Virus record (IMG/VR): IMGVR_UViG_2860815047_000004
Length of the DNA stretch: 64,000 nt
Origin: an uncultured virus (IMG/VR IMGVR_UViG_2860815047_000004)
Lineage: Duplodnaviria; Heunggongvirae; Uroviricota; Caudoviricetes
Reading direction: 5' to 3' (one strand)
Below the pieces are notes generated by a model, which saw nothing but the letters and a program-made list of their open reading frames with translations, did not search any database and was not told the origin of the DNA. The position numbers and the translations under genes were made by a program. Positions 1 to 12,768 of this stretch are shown piece by piece. Numbering within the stretch: position 1 is the stretch's first letter; the number at the start of each line of letters is the position of its first letter.

Positions 1-183
1 TTATGCGGTTTGCCCTCTACGTTCCACTGAGAAGTCACTATGGTGATCAAGAGCAATTTGGATACTGGCTGTGTGGCCTCTTCGAGCTTCCTTTAAAACC
101 TTGTGGTCGTCAAGAAAGTGATGTCCAACAATGCCAAGTAAGATAACTAAAAAGATAAAAGCTGATGCAAATTTAAATTTCAT
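1..183 (-). CDS. phr: Phr-type signalling peptide precursor (60 aa)
   Basis: ATG at 183 overlaps the rap 3' end; signal peptide MKFKFASAFIFLVILLGIVG; RRGHTA and C-terminal RRGQTA motifs. Confidence 0.88.
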   Translation of the reverse strand: MKFKFASAFIFLVILLGIVGHHFLDDHKVLKEARRGHTASIQIALDHHSDFSVERRGQTA

Positions 184-1309
184 AAAGACAGTCCCCTCTC
201 TGAATTTGTTTTCGGGCATAAAGCACTTTCTCATAAAAGGCGGTAGCTACTTTATGGTCTTCATTTACATTATAATACATTGCTGCATCAGTCGCTAGGT
301 CTTCCACATCTGAAAGCATAGCTTTTGATTCTAAGTAATCTAAGATTTTAAAAAGTCGGTCTTTGTCATTCTCAACGAATAAACCCATAAGAAAATCAAA
401 CATTTTTCCTAATACGTCATCGTTCAACGCCTTTGATAGCATGAGACCTTGTTTACAAACCTGTTTTCCCTCAACCGTGTTGAACAATTTAAAGTGCGTT
501 TTTGCCAACATTAGAAGTATGTCTAGTAGTCGGCTAGAATTGTGAAGAGAATTACTTTGATAAATTGAGACGCCTTCTTTAAAATACTCTAATGCTTTCT
601 CCATATTTCCTGTTGTAAATGAGCATAAACCGAGATTGTACAAAGAAGAACCTATTAACCGTGGCATATCAATTTCTTGTGCTTGTTTTAATGCATTCAT
701 GAAATGCGGTATTGCTTTTTCTGGATACTCCATGTCTAAATAATTCAGACCGATGACGAATGAACATTGGATTACTCTTATTGAGTACGTTTCGTGTGCT
801 TTGTAGGTTTCTATTGCTTGAACGATATGATGCATAGACATGTGGGTTTGCTTCATGTGATAGTACACTTCAGCAACTTTATAGTGAAATTCAGCTCGCT
901 CTATTTCATCTGGGACAACGGCTAACTTCTTTTCAGCTCGGTTGTAAAAACTTATTGCCTTAAGATATTCGTATTGTTCAAATTCATACATCCCATGAAA
1001 AAAGTTAAAATAATATTCAAGAATTCCTTTTAGATCATTTTGTTTACTTTCGATCTTTTCTAATAAGTCTGAAACTTTCGGGCGTTCTTCATTCATGGTT
1101 TTTGGTTCAAGATAATCAAGCATTAATTGATGTCTAAAACACATGAGCGAATAGTACAACAATAAATCTTGATCTTCTTCCATATGCTCTATTTCTTGTT
1201 CAACTTCATCCTTTAGAATTTCTGCATCTGCAACACTGAACAATCTTATGTATTTGTACCATTCATTGATTTTTAAGCCAACTTTTGAAGAAGAGATCAA
1301 TTGCTCCAA
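173..1309 (-). CDS. rap: Rap-family TPR regulator/aspartate phosphatase
   Basis: Rap N-terminus ISSSKVGLKINEWYKYI, MEEDQDLLLYYSLM, DEIERAEFHYKVAE; TTG start at 1309 after an AGGAGGG RBS. Confidence 0.95.
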   Translation of the reverse strand: MEQLISSSKVGLKINEWYKYIRLFSVADAEILKDEVEQEIEHMEEDQDLLLYYSLMCFRHQLMLDYLEPKTMNEERPKVSDLLEKIESKQNDLKGILEYYFNFFHGMYEFEQYEYLKAISFYNRAEKKLAVVPDEIERAEFHYKVAEVYYHMKQTHMSMHHIVQAIETYKAHETYSIRVIQCSFVIGLNYLDMEYPEKAIPHFMNALKQAQEIDMPRLIGSSLYNLGLCSFTTGNMEKALEYFKEGVSIYQSNSLHNSSRLLDILLMLAKTHFKLFNTVEGKQVCKQGLMLSKALNDDVLGKMFDFLMGLFVENDKDRLFKILDYLESKAMLSDVEDLATDAAMYYNVNEDHKVATAFYEKVLYARKQIQRGDCLYEI

Positions 1310-1450
1310 AAAAATCACCCTCCTAGCATTTCGTCTGATTATGTAATATTTTATCATAATGTAATAAGTTGGGAAGGGTGTTTTTTCTTATTTATCAATT
1401 TAGATATGAAATGCGAAAAAAATACCCTCCTCGTTAGAGAAGGGATATGA

Positions 1451-1747
1451 TCAGTTTGCTGTTGCTTTAAGAGAAGCAAGCCACTCATCTAATGTTCCAG
1501 TGAATCCTTGTTGAACAGCTAATTCATATGCTGATTTTCCATCTTTACCTGCAGCACCAGTAGCTCCTTTAGCACCGGTTGCACCAGTATCACCTTTGTC
1601 TCCCTTAGCACCAGTGTTGCCTTTTTCACCTTTTAATGATGCTAGCCATTCCTCTACAGTTCCTGAAAAACCATTGTCCACTGCAATATCATAAGCAGAC
1701 TTCCCAGTGACAATTGAGACATTAACCATCGGATTGAAGAAACTCAT
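1451..1747 (-). CDS. Collagen-like (GXX repeat) protein
   Basis: GEKGNTGAKGDKGDTGATGAKG repeats between two GKSAY..A...GF.GT..EWLASLK motifs. Confidence 0.8.
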   Translation of the reverse strand: MSFFNPMVNVSIVTGKSAYDIAVDNGFSGTVEEWLASLKGEKGNTGAKGDKGDTGATGAKGATGAAGKDGKSAYELAVQQGFTGTLDEWLASLKATAN

Positions 1748-2034
1748 TTATGCGCCCCCAAAAAATTATATGTTATTCCTGACTCAGAAATTTTGAAGCT
1801 TGTGATAGGTGAATCGTGAGCGTCCATTTGAAAGCCTTGTCCTGCTCTTAAATAGATAGGATTTCCACCATTGATTGATACGTGGCATTCCTGATCATTT
1901 GAAAAGCTGAATTTATAGAAAGAATATTTAATCGTCCAGGTTGCAGGTGGGGAAGGGATCACTTCATGGTTAGATTCTGACTTCTCAAGCATTGGACTCC
2001 CGATATATCCAGATCCTATTTGCATGACCAACAA
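1744..2034 (-). CDS. Hypothetical protein overlapping the collagen-like gene start
   Basis: 96-aa ORF with AAAGGA RBS. Confidence 0.65.
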   Translation of the reverse strand: MLVMQIGSGYIGSPMLEKSESNHEVIPSPPATWTIKYSFYKFSFSNDQECHVSINGGNPIYLRAGQGFQMDAHDSPITSFKISESGITYNFLGAHK

Positions 2035-2086
2035 TCATTCCTTTCTTAATTAAAAATGAAAAAAAGGGGAGATGAACTCCCCCGAG

Positions 2087-2338
2087 TTATTTTGGTTCTG
2101 TGTATTCCATTGCTTGAGCGCTGTCTGAGATACCTGTAGTGGTTGGATCCACTACAACCCCCATTGCAGTTAGAAATGTAAGCAAAGCATTAAATTTCTC
2201 AGTAAGATCATCACTAAACACAGAAATATCGTATCCAAAAGCAGATGCAATTGCTTGTGCAAACAAAAGAGTTGCAGAGAAGATTGCAACCAGGAATGTT
2301 TTCTTTTTTAGTCTTACTTTCCAGTTAATTTTAGTCAT
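2087..2338 (-). CDS. Holin (phi LC3-like)
   Basis: INWKVRLK start, two hydrophobic segments, GVVVDPTT.GISDS motif; in the lysis cassette. Confidence 0.88.
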   Translation of the reverse strand: MTKINWKVRLKKKTFLVAIFSATLLFAQAIASAFGYDISVFSDDLTEKFNALLTFLTAMGVVVDPTTTGISDSAQAMEYTEPK

Positions 2339-2350
2339 TAAATCGTCTCC

Positions 2351-2740
2351 TTATAAATTAGCTAATTTGGTGATATCAACACCAGCGATCTCTGCACCAA
2401 GCAGTATGAGGATAATTAAAACTAAAATCTTTAATGTCTTGCCAAAAGTTCCTTCTAACAAGCTCTGAAGCCATTTTGTTTGCGACTGATTAACTTGCTG
2501 AAATTCATTTCTTAGTCCAGCTATCTCAGTGGTGAACAAATTTTTTGTTTCAACAAGGTTTTTTTCCTGATTCTCAACAACAGTGGTAAGCCTAATGAGC
2601 GATTCACTTGTTGTTTTTTGTGTTTCCAACATGATTTTTCTATCTTCTGCTTGTTCTTTAAGACGTTCTTTTATATGAGCGACTTCAGTCTTTAAAACTT
2701 CATAATTTTCTTTTTCAGCCACAATGCAATCATCCTCCAT
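2351..2740 (-). CDS. Lysis-cassette membrane protein (coiled coil plus C-terminal TM, XhlA-like layout)
   Basis: Lies between endolysin and holin; C-terminal ILVLIILILLG. Confidence 0.65.
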   Translation of the reverse strand: MEDDCIVAEKENYEVLKTEVAHIKERLKEQAEDRKIMLETQKTTSESLIRLTTVVENQEKNLVETKNLFTTEIAGLRNEFQQVNQSQTKWLQSLLEGTFGKTLKILVLIILILLGAEIAGVDITKLANL

Positions 2741-2828
2741 AAAAAATAGGAGGTAATGTCACATCACCTCCTAAATAATCATTGATACACTTTGAGCTAC
2801 AATCATCCTCAAAGATATTTGAATATAT

Positions 2829-3839
2829 TTAGATTTTTGACCCAAACTGCCCTGAGATGTAGCCGCGTTTACCTTTGAAGATAACTTCCCAGTAACCCTT
2901 AGCATTGTTTGACCCTTTCACTGAGCCAGAAATGCTGACGGTATCACCTAGCTCCACCGTGCCAAGATTCTTCGCTTTGTTTTTATCGGGTCTGTCCATA
3001 ACGATTGCAGCGCTTTTTACACCGACAATTTTAATTTTGCCTACAGATTTGATTCCACTGCTTTTAGGCTTAGAAGTGGGTTTAGGCTTTGGGGTGGATT
3101 GACCAAGTTCAGCATCACTTTTAATGTATTTCACATTTACATATCCGCTGTATGTAGCACCTTTTGAGTTTGTATATTTGATATATCCCCAACCATTTTG
3201 AGTTGATCCTTTTTGATATTGGACAGTGGAACCTTTAGGAAGAGTAAGTACAATAGAAGAGTTTGCATTGCGTTGAATTCTCACATTAAGACTGTCTGCG
3301 ATAACTGTGTTCTTAACATAAGAGCCGTTTGTTTTATCAACAGGAGAATTTACCGTTTTAGACGGAGCACCACTGATACCTGCTTTAAAAGAATCCCAAC
3401 GATCTAGCAATTTATGCGGACAATACTTGCCTGACCACCGTTGGTGAGGAACTACATTCGCAAGAGAAATACCTTGCTCTTTCATGATCTTTTTGATCAG
3501 CCATTGAGCATTTGTCACGGCTTTTTCAAAATCCCCATCACTATTCTCACAAATTTCAATTCCGATTGATTTTCGATTACCAGTACCACTGTTCCCATCT
3601 CCGGCATGCCAGCCGTTTTCGTTGAGCGGAAGATGCTGATAAATTTCTGTATCATCGACTGTGAAATGCCAGCTAACCCCTGTTGACGGGTTGTTCTTTA
3701 CAAAACGTGCATGACTAGCAGCATTTGCCCCTTTAGCTGTATTAGAAGTATTATGAACCGTAATATACAACGGGTTCATGGAATATCCTGGTCTATTGGT
3801 GCTTCCTGATGGAATGAAGTCTTGAATAATTTCTGTCAT
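2829..3839 (-). CDS. Endolysin, N-acetylmuramoyl-L-alanine amidase (Amidase_2) with SH3-like cell-wall-binding domains
   Basis: YITVHNT, SWHFTVDD, GWHAGDG, SIGIEICEN, KYCP motifs (XlyA/BlyA-like). Confidence 0.93.
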   Translation of the reverse strand: MTEIIQDFIPSGSTNRPGYSMNPLYITVHNTSNTAKGANAASHARFVKNNPSTGVSWHFTVDDTEIYQHLPLNENGWHAGDGNSGTGNRKSIGIEICENSDGDFEKAVTNAQWLIKKIMKEQGISLANVVPHQRWSGKYCPHKLLDRWDSFKAGISGAPSKTVNSPVDKTNGSYVKNTVIADSLNVRIQRNANSSIVLTLPKGSTVQYQKGSTQNGWGYIKYTNSKGATYSGYVNVKYIKSDAELGQSTPKPKPTSKPKSSGIKSVGKIKIVGVKSAAIVMDRPDKNKAKNLGTVELGDTVSISGSVKGSNNAKGYWEVIFKGKRGYISGQFGSKI

Positions 3840-4013
3840 ATATACATCTCTCCTAATAATTAATTTTGAACACAAAAAAGAGAGAAGGGGATAAACAAAT
3901 CCCGATCTCTCATCTCGAAAACTTTTATGACCAATTTTAAATTGTTAAAAAACATTGGTCATAAAATGAATTCCATAGTATAATTTTACCATCAAAACAC
4001 GGAGGCAACGGGA

Positions 4014-4334
4014 ATGGAATTTTTAAGGGTAGAGGTTGAGCGAAGACGGATGACTCCAAGACGATGGATTCCTCGTTTGTTACTATTTGCTGTCGGTTTA
4101 GTGCTTTTGTTAATAAGTTTTATCTTGATTATCTCTATAATCGGTATCCTTCCGGGGGTAGGATTGGGTTCGCTTAGCGTATTTCTTATCTTCGGAGCCT
4201 TTTTTGGCGGGGAGCGCATAGAGTGTCCGCGATGTGAATTTAAAAACAACTTTGCGACATACGGAAAACACAATGTAACTTGTCGTAAATGCAAACAGAA
4301 TATAGCGATCGATTGGAAGAAGCCTCGTTCTTAG
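4014..4334 (+). CDS. Accessory membrane protein with C-terminal Zn ribbon
   Basis: Two TM segments, CPRC...CRKC; GGAGG RBS and TATAAT upstream; opposite strand to the late operon. Confidence 0.75.
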   Translation: MEFLRVEVERRRMTPRRWIPRLLLFAVGLVLLLISFILIISIIGILPGVGLGSLSVFLIFGAFFGGERIECPRCEFKNNFATYGKHNVTCRKCKQNIAIDWKKPRS

Positions 4335-4470
4335 TGAATGAGGTTTTATTTCTGTATGAAAACTTAGAATTCCTCACGTATGCTCTTGTTATCTCTGTTT
4401 TTGAATGCTGTAAATTGAATAAAATTTATATTTTAACTAGAACATAACCACCTCCTTTAATTTTGAGGGA

Positions 4471-7020
4471 TTACTTATTTAAGCAGATGGCAATGCCATA
4501 GCCAAGCTTGTCTGAATATGGGGTTACAATCTCCATAGCCTTCCAAGAGTAAAACCTGTCTTCTGTTTTTGTGCCGATGCCATAATTACCTTCAATACGA
4601 TCTCCCACAGAAACAGTGCTGTCCACTTTCACATAAACCTGTCCAAGTAAGCCGACTATGTTCCATTCAGGGCGTTCTTCACGGGGGACGTAATCTATTT
4701 TTTCAATCCATTCAGGGTTTACTTTAGGCAGTTTCTCAACATCACCGGTTTCTGGGTTGACTACATCTTCATATATGTATCCACCAAATTCATTCTTTAA
4801 ATATCTACCTTGCCAGTGAATATCAGCTCCGCCTAAAATAGTTCCTGCAGTTTCGGAGATTACTCCGTGTACATCTTCACCTTTTCTCGCTGGGCGAATT
4901 TTAGCTCCTTCAAGAGTGACAATTGTTCCTGTCGGAATTGCTTTTCCGTCAAGGCTTTCAAAATATTCAGCGTAATCACTGAAAGTGGCTCCGCCATTCA
5001 TCTTGCCGGTAGATGTTATATCTCCGTTCATGGAGTTTAGCATCCATTTGATATTCGCTCTTGATGGGGTAGAACCATATCCACCAACCACCATATAGCG
5101 ATCATTTGTACCGAGTTTGACTCCTCCCGAAGATAAGATAGTTCGTGAGACATTATCGCCTTCAATGTGGGATTCGTTTGAAGACATGACTGTGCTACGC
5201 GAACCGCTAACGGAACTTGCTCCGGAAGAGGAAAACACTCCTGTTCTAACACCAGTTGCTTTTGCCCCACCAGTGGTGCCTATAACAGCAGAAGCTTCAC
5301 CTGATACTTCAGGCTGTCCAGTAGACGCTGCTATTAAGCCGGTGCTAGATTTGGGTACTCCAGAAGAGGTGGCAATCCTTGTCCCGCCTTTTATATTATT
5401 TGGTACAAAAGTGTAATCAACTCCTGCAATTCTGGCAGCCTTTTTGTATTTTTCCACTGAAATTCCCATTAGGCTTACCTGAGAATTAGAACAATATACA
5501 CCAATACTGTCAGCTTTCCCGTCGCCTATCAAACTTGCATTAATAAGCTTTACATTTTCTGTGCCACTGCCAATACGCACACCGATTCTCGCCGATTCAA
5601 AACAATTTACATTTGAAATATTTACATTATCTGATTTTTGATCCCCACCGTATACATAAATGTCAGCTCCAGCTGTTTTGAAGTTAGAAATAGAGAGATT
5701 GTTTAAATTGATGTTTCTTGATTTAAATTGCGTAGCGATTGCGGGATTTCCTTTGTAATCATAAGAAGGGTCTCCAATTGCGTTAAAGTTTGAAATGTTG
5801 ACATTTCTGTAAGCTGAGATTACTAGTGCCCGTGGGCTCAACTCTTTATAAAGGTCACTAAAGATTGGAGACTTCGCAGTACAGTTAACAACATTAATGT
5901 CGAATGCACTAGTGGAGATTTTATCAGAAGCACGATGAAAGCCGATGTGTCTAAAATCAAATGCACGAATGTCATTCTCTGAGTAGCAGTTGATTAAATT
6001 TACGTTTCTTGCTGCAGGCGCTCTATTGTGGGCTTTAACTTCAAAACCTCTGCAGTTTTTCTGACTGTTGCAGTTCACCAGCCATACGTTTCTAGAACCG
6101 TCATCAATTTCAAAACCATTTGAATTTGATGAGCCTTTGTCATGAGCAGACCCATTGGCATTGTATGCGTGACAGTTAGTGAAGTAGATGTATTCAGAAT
6201 AGTGAGTTGTGAAGCCATCGTCACCGAAATTAGTTGCAGTACAGTTTTCAATCCAAACATATCTACTGCCCTTCGGTTGATAATAATCAGCACCATCTGA
6301 AGAAGTGTTCCAAATAGGAGAGCTTACATCAAAACCATGAAGACCGGGATTTCGAGCATTGACGTTTCTAACCCGAACAAATTTAGAGTTAACAATACCC
6401 ACACAGTTTGCATTTGTTCCATTTGTAATGGTGTTGTCCTTTTTGTCTAAATTCCAATCGAGGTCTAAGTCTTCAATTAAGATATATTCATTTCCGTTTG
6501 TGTAGTCGCTATTGGTTAACACACAAGATGTTCCGGTAGCAGTTGGGTGAAGCTTGATAATAGATCCTGATCCAACACCGTAAAGTCTGACATAAGAAGG
6601 GATATGTAATCCTTGAACCATATAAATACCTGCGGGTACAAAAACTTCTCGCTTCCCGCTGGAAAAAGCAGTTTTAAAAGCTTCAGAGTCATCAGTAACC
6701 CCGTCACCCTTAGCTCCAAAATCCTGAACATTGACACTTCGTCTGATAAATTCATTTAAGACTTTATCAACAATTGTTGCACCGGATGCTGGGATTTTTG
6801 AAATGTCTCCAATAGTGTTTGTGATATCTGTTAAACCAGAATCGACTGTGCTTATTACGTTTTTAATATCCTTAGAAGCTTTATCAAAAGCCTCTTGAAT
6901 ATCGTCTGCAGTATATCTGATATTATTTGATTTTAACCCTATAGCATCAATGGGTATCCATTGCTCTGTTTCTTCGTCCATATAACCCATTGTGTTTACG
7001 GGAATTAAATTGTCGCTCAA
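4471..7020 (-). CDS. Tailspike/pre-neck appendage-like beta-helix protein with peptidase G2-type autocleaving C-terminus
   Basis: VNVQDFGAKGDGVTDD pectate-lyase-3 start; DYAEYFES and EWNIVGLLGQV C-terminal motifs; yomE position. Confidence 0.88.
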   Translation of the reverse strand: MSDNLIPVNTMGYMDEETEQWIPIDAIGLKSNNIRYTADDIQEAFDKASKDIKNVISTVDSGLTDITNTIGDISKIPASGATIVDKVLNEFIRRSVNVQDFGAKGDGVTDDSEAFKTAFSSGKREVFVPAGIYMVQGLHIPSYVRLYGVGSGSIIKLHPTATGTSCVLTNSDYTNGNEYILIEDLDLDWNLDKKDNTITNGTNANCVGIVNSKFVRVRNVNARNPGLHGFDVSSPIWNTSSDGADYYQPKGSRYVWIENCTATNFGDDGFTTHYSEYIYFTNCHAYNANGSAHDKGSSNSNGFEIDDGSRNVWLVNCNSQKNCRGFEVKAHNRAPAARNVNLINCYSENDIRAFDFRHIGFHRASDKISTSAFDINVVNCTAKSPIFSDLYKELSPRALVISAYRNVNISNFNAIGDPSYDYKGNPAIATQFKSRNINLNNLSISNFKTAGADIYVYGGDQKSDNVNISNVNCFESARIGVRIGSGTENVKLINASLIGDGKADSIGVYCSNSQVSLMGISVEKYKKAARIAGVDYTFVPNNIKGGTRIATSSGVPKSSTGLIAASTGQPEVSGEASAVIGTTGGAKATGVRTGVFSSSGASSVSGSRSTVMSSNESHIEGDNVSRTILSSGGVKLGTNDRYMVVGGYGSTPSRANIKWMLNSMNGDITSTGKMNGGATFSDYAEYFESLDGKAIPTGTIVTLEGAKIRPARKGEDVHGVISETAGTILGGADIHWQGRYLKNEFGGYIYEDVVNPETGDVEKLPKVNPEWIEKIDYVPREERPEWNIVGLLGQVYVKVDSTVSVGDRIEGNYGIGTKTEDRFYSWKAMEIVTPYSDKLGYGIAICLNK

Positions 7021-7033
7021 TATATACTCCTCC

Positions 7034-7849
7034 TTATCCTTTTCTAATCCAAACCATACTTCCGTCAGGGGGTTCTACAGAAGGTTTTATCCTCATCTTT
7101 TTGGGAGCATTGTTCGTTCTCAACCATACTGATCTGATGTTGTAAGGCTCAACATAGCTGGAAACAATGTTGAAACCATCATACTTATCTGACACGCTAA
7201 TATTTATCCAGTCGAAACCATCCCATCGATATTCAATGCCTGTTTCTTTTACAGTGACAGTCCAACCAATTTGAGGGGAAGGATAAGTGTTTAATAAATC
7301 CTGATAGGTGTACACAAACGGCAAGTAAATCTTCCTAGTGTTTTCAACTACATATTCATAATCTGATGTTGCTTGTCTGCACCAATTTGTTATTTCAATA
7401 CATCGCTTGGTGACACGTTCACATTCAGCAATACGCTCATTGATACGAATAATGGCATCTTCAGCATCATCAACTAAGCCTTGAAGCGTTTCAATGACCA
7501 TATTTCCTTGTCGTTTAATCCAAATTCTTGAGGCAGGGAAGAAGGATGCGCCTTCTCCTTGATATGTAAAAGTAAGTGATTTGCCTTCATTTGAACCATT
7601 GAAAAAGACAACTCCCATAAGGTAATCAACCTTAAAGTAGTTGTCTTCTAATTCACCATTTTCAATTTCTCGCCATTCTTTACTGTCACCACTAACCTCG
7701 ACTCTGTACTCACGGTTAGGTACTTCTGTAAGTAAGACTCGACCATTGTAAACAGTTAAAGTTTCACTATAGCTTAAATAAGGGTCATCGATTGAACCCT
7801 TCCTTTTTTGAGAAAGGGTAGGGTCGTTATAGAGCTGAGGAAAATCCAA
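7034..7849 (-). CDS. yomF: Tail/baseplate protein (YomF-like)
   Basis: 271 aa, syntenic with SPbeta yomF. Confidence 0.7.
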   Translation of the reverse strand: MDFPQLYNDPTLSQKRKGSIDDPYLSYSETLTVYNGRVLLTEVPNREYRVEVSGDSKEWREIENGELEDNYFKVDYLMGVVFFNGSNEGKSLTFTYQGEGASFFPASRIWIKRQGNMVIETLQGLVDDAEDAIIRINERIAECERVTKRCIEITNWCRQATSDYEYVVENTRKIYLPFVYTYQDLLNTYPSPQIGWTVTVKETGIEYRWDGFDWINISVSDKYDGFNIVSSYVEPYNIRSVWLRTNNAPKKMRIKPSVEPPDGSMVWIRKG

Positions 7850-7942
7850 ACTAAATTCACCGTCCTTTCTTTATGTGTAATTGATTTGAGCAATTCTTCC
7901 AAGTGCGCGACTCTCTCTTCTAAACTCTGCAGTCTTTTCTCT

Positions 7943-8110
7943 CTAAGCCTTTTTCCGTGTACTCCTAACAATTCCCATGATCACTATATATACAATCGCA
8001 ATACCAACAGTTACACCCTCAATTTTTATAAAAAAACTATTCAAAATTATTAATAAAAACGCTAGTACTGACGCAAACCAGTGTATAGATTCATATTTTT
8101 TGTCACTCAT
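7943..8110 (-). CDS. Small accessory membrane protein (possibly frameshifted)
   Basis: MSDKKYES... with two TM segments; GAGGGG RBS. Confidence 0.55.
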   Translation of the reverse strand: MSDKKYESIHWFASVLAFLLIILNSFFIKIEGVTVGIAIVYIVIMGIVRSTRKKA

Positions 8111-8335
8111 TGCTGATCCCCTCACTCTTTCTGTTAAACACTTTATATACCAAAATCCATCATGACACAATTTCTACTATGGGTTCAAGTGGAAAAATGG
8201 TTTATAATTTACAAGGTATTTTTAAGTAAAAAAGGGGTATTATCGTATGAAAACGGACAAGTCTTTGCATAAAAGAAGAATTTTATTTAGAAAGAAAGTT
8301 GAAACAAAAAAAGACTCCCGTGTAGGGAATCAGTT

Positions 8336-9226
8336 TTAATCAAGCTTTTTAATATAGCGGGTATAAACCCAACCGCTTTGATCCTCACCAGCTTCATTGC
8401 GAAAGAGAACCTTGCTCCAATTCTTTTTCTTTTCTTCAACAAAGACAATTGATGACTTGTCTAATACGTACGCTACATTTGATTTTGTTTTTGGTTGTGT
8501 TCTAACTACTAACGTATCTTTTATAACCATTCTGTAATTGGTTTTAAGTTCTTTATTCATTGGGATGTCTTTTAAAACGTTTTTAGCTTCCGATACTGTT
8601 TCTGGTTTTTTATCAATGTATTCATCTATTATATATTTTGTGGTTAATGCCTGGTGAATAGGGGAGATGAAATCAGTGTGTATGAGGTTCGCTAGCAAAA
8701 CTAAAGTCGTTGAGTTTTTGGAAATAAAGTAAAGAACAGTGTTCCATAACCGATTTAACCCCTCGAAATAATTTTGTCTAGTTATTCCATCATTACTGGT
8801 TAATGCTATAACAGTTTCTTCAGCCTCATCCATTACTTGATTTGGATTATCCTCCAATTCATCTGCGGTCGATCTATATATCGCTTCTAATAATGAATTT
8901 CTGTCAATCAATTTCTGTGCCAGTGAAAGAAAATTCTTATTTATTGTTGAATTATATTGCTTTAAGGCAAAATCACTATTTAAAAAATGATTGTATATAG
9001 CGTCAATTCTTTGTCTCGAATAAGAAGGAAATACATTTTGTTTCTGTAGGAAAGAATTCATTTCCATAAAGGTTAATCTAGGATCATACTTAGTCGGCTG
9101 AAAATGTTGCTCAAATTCTTTTTGCACTATGAAATTTTTCAGTTCTGTATTAGATAATTGGGAAGATAATAGCTGTGTGGCATGATGATAGATATTCCAA
9201 TAAGATGTTAAAGAAGTCTTTGTCAA
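8336..9226 (-). CDS. Accessory protein with C-terminal SH3b-like domain
   Basis: LVVRTQP...NWSKV...SGWVYTRYI SH3 pattern. Confidence 0.7.
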   Translation of the reverse strand: MTKTSLTSYWNIYHHATQLLSSQLSNTELKNFIVQKEFEQHFQPTKYDPRLTFMEMNSFLQKQNVFPSYSRQRIDAIYNHFLNSDFALKQYNSTINKNFLSLAQKLIDRNSLLEAIYRSTADELEDNPNQVMDEAEETVIALTSNDGITRQNYFEGLNRLWNTVLYFISKNSTTLVLLANLIHTDFISPIHQALTTKYIIDEYIDKKPETVSEAKNVLKDIPMNKELKTNYRMVIKDTLVVRTQPKTKSNVAYVLDKSSIVFVEEKKKNWSKVLFRNEAGEDQSGWVYTRYIKKLD

Positions 9227-9314
9227 TAAAGATTGCCCCTTTGTTTTTATATGATTTTACCACAAAGTGGGCTTTAATAGACAAAAAAGACGTATTCAAT
9301 AAGGATACACCTGT

Positions 9315-12724
<3,410 letters not shown>

Positions 12725-12768
12725 TTTTTATCACCTCAAAAATAAGAAGAGCCAGCATATTAACTGGC

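Noticed and set aside
1..1357. Arbitrium (aimR-aimP) system
   Set aside because: The protein has Rap motifs rather than AimR features, and the peptide is Phr-like.
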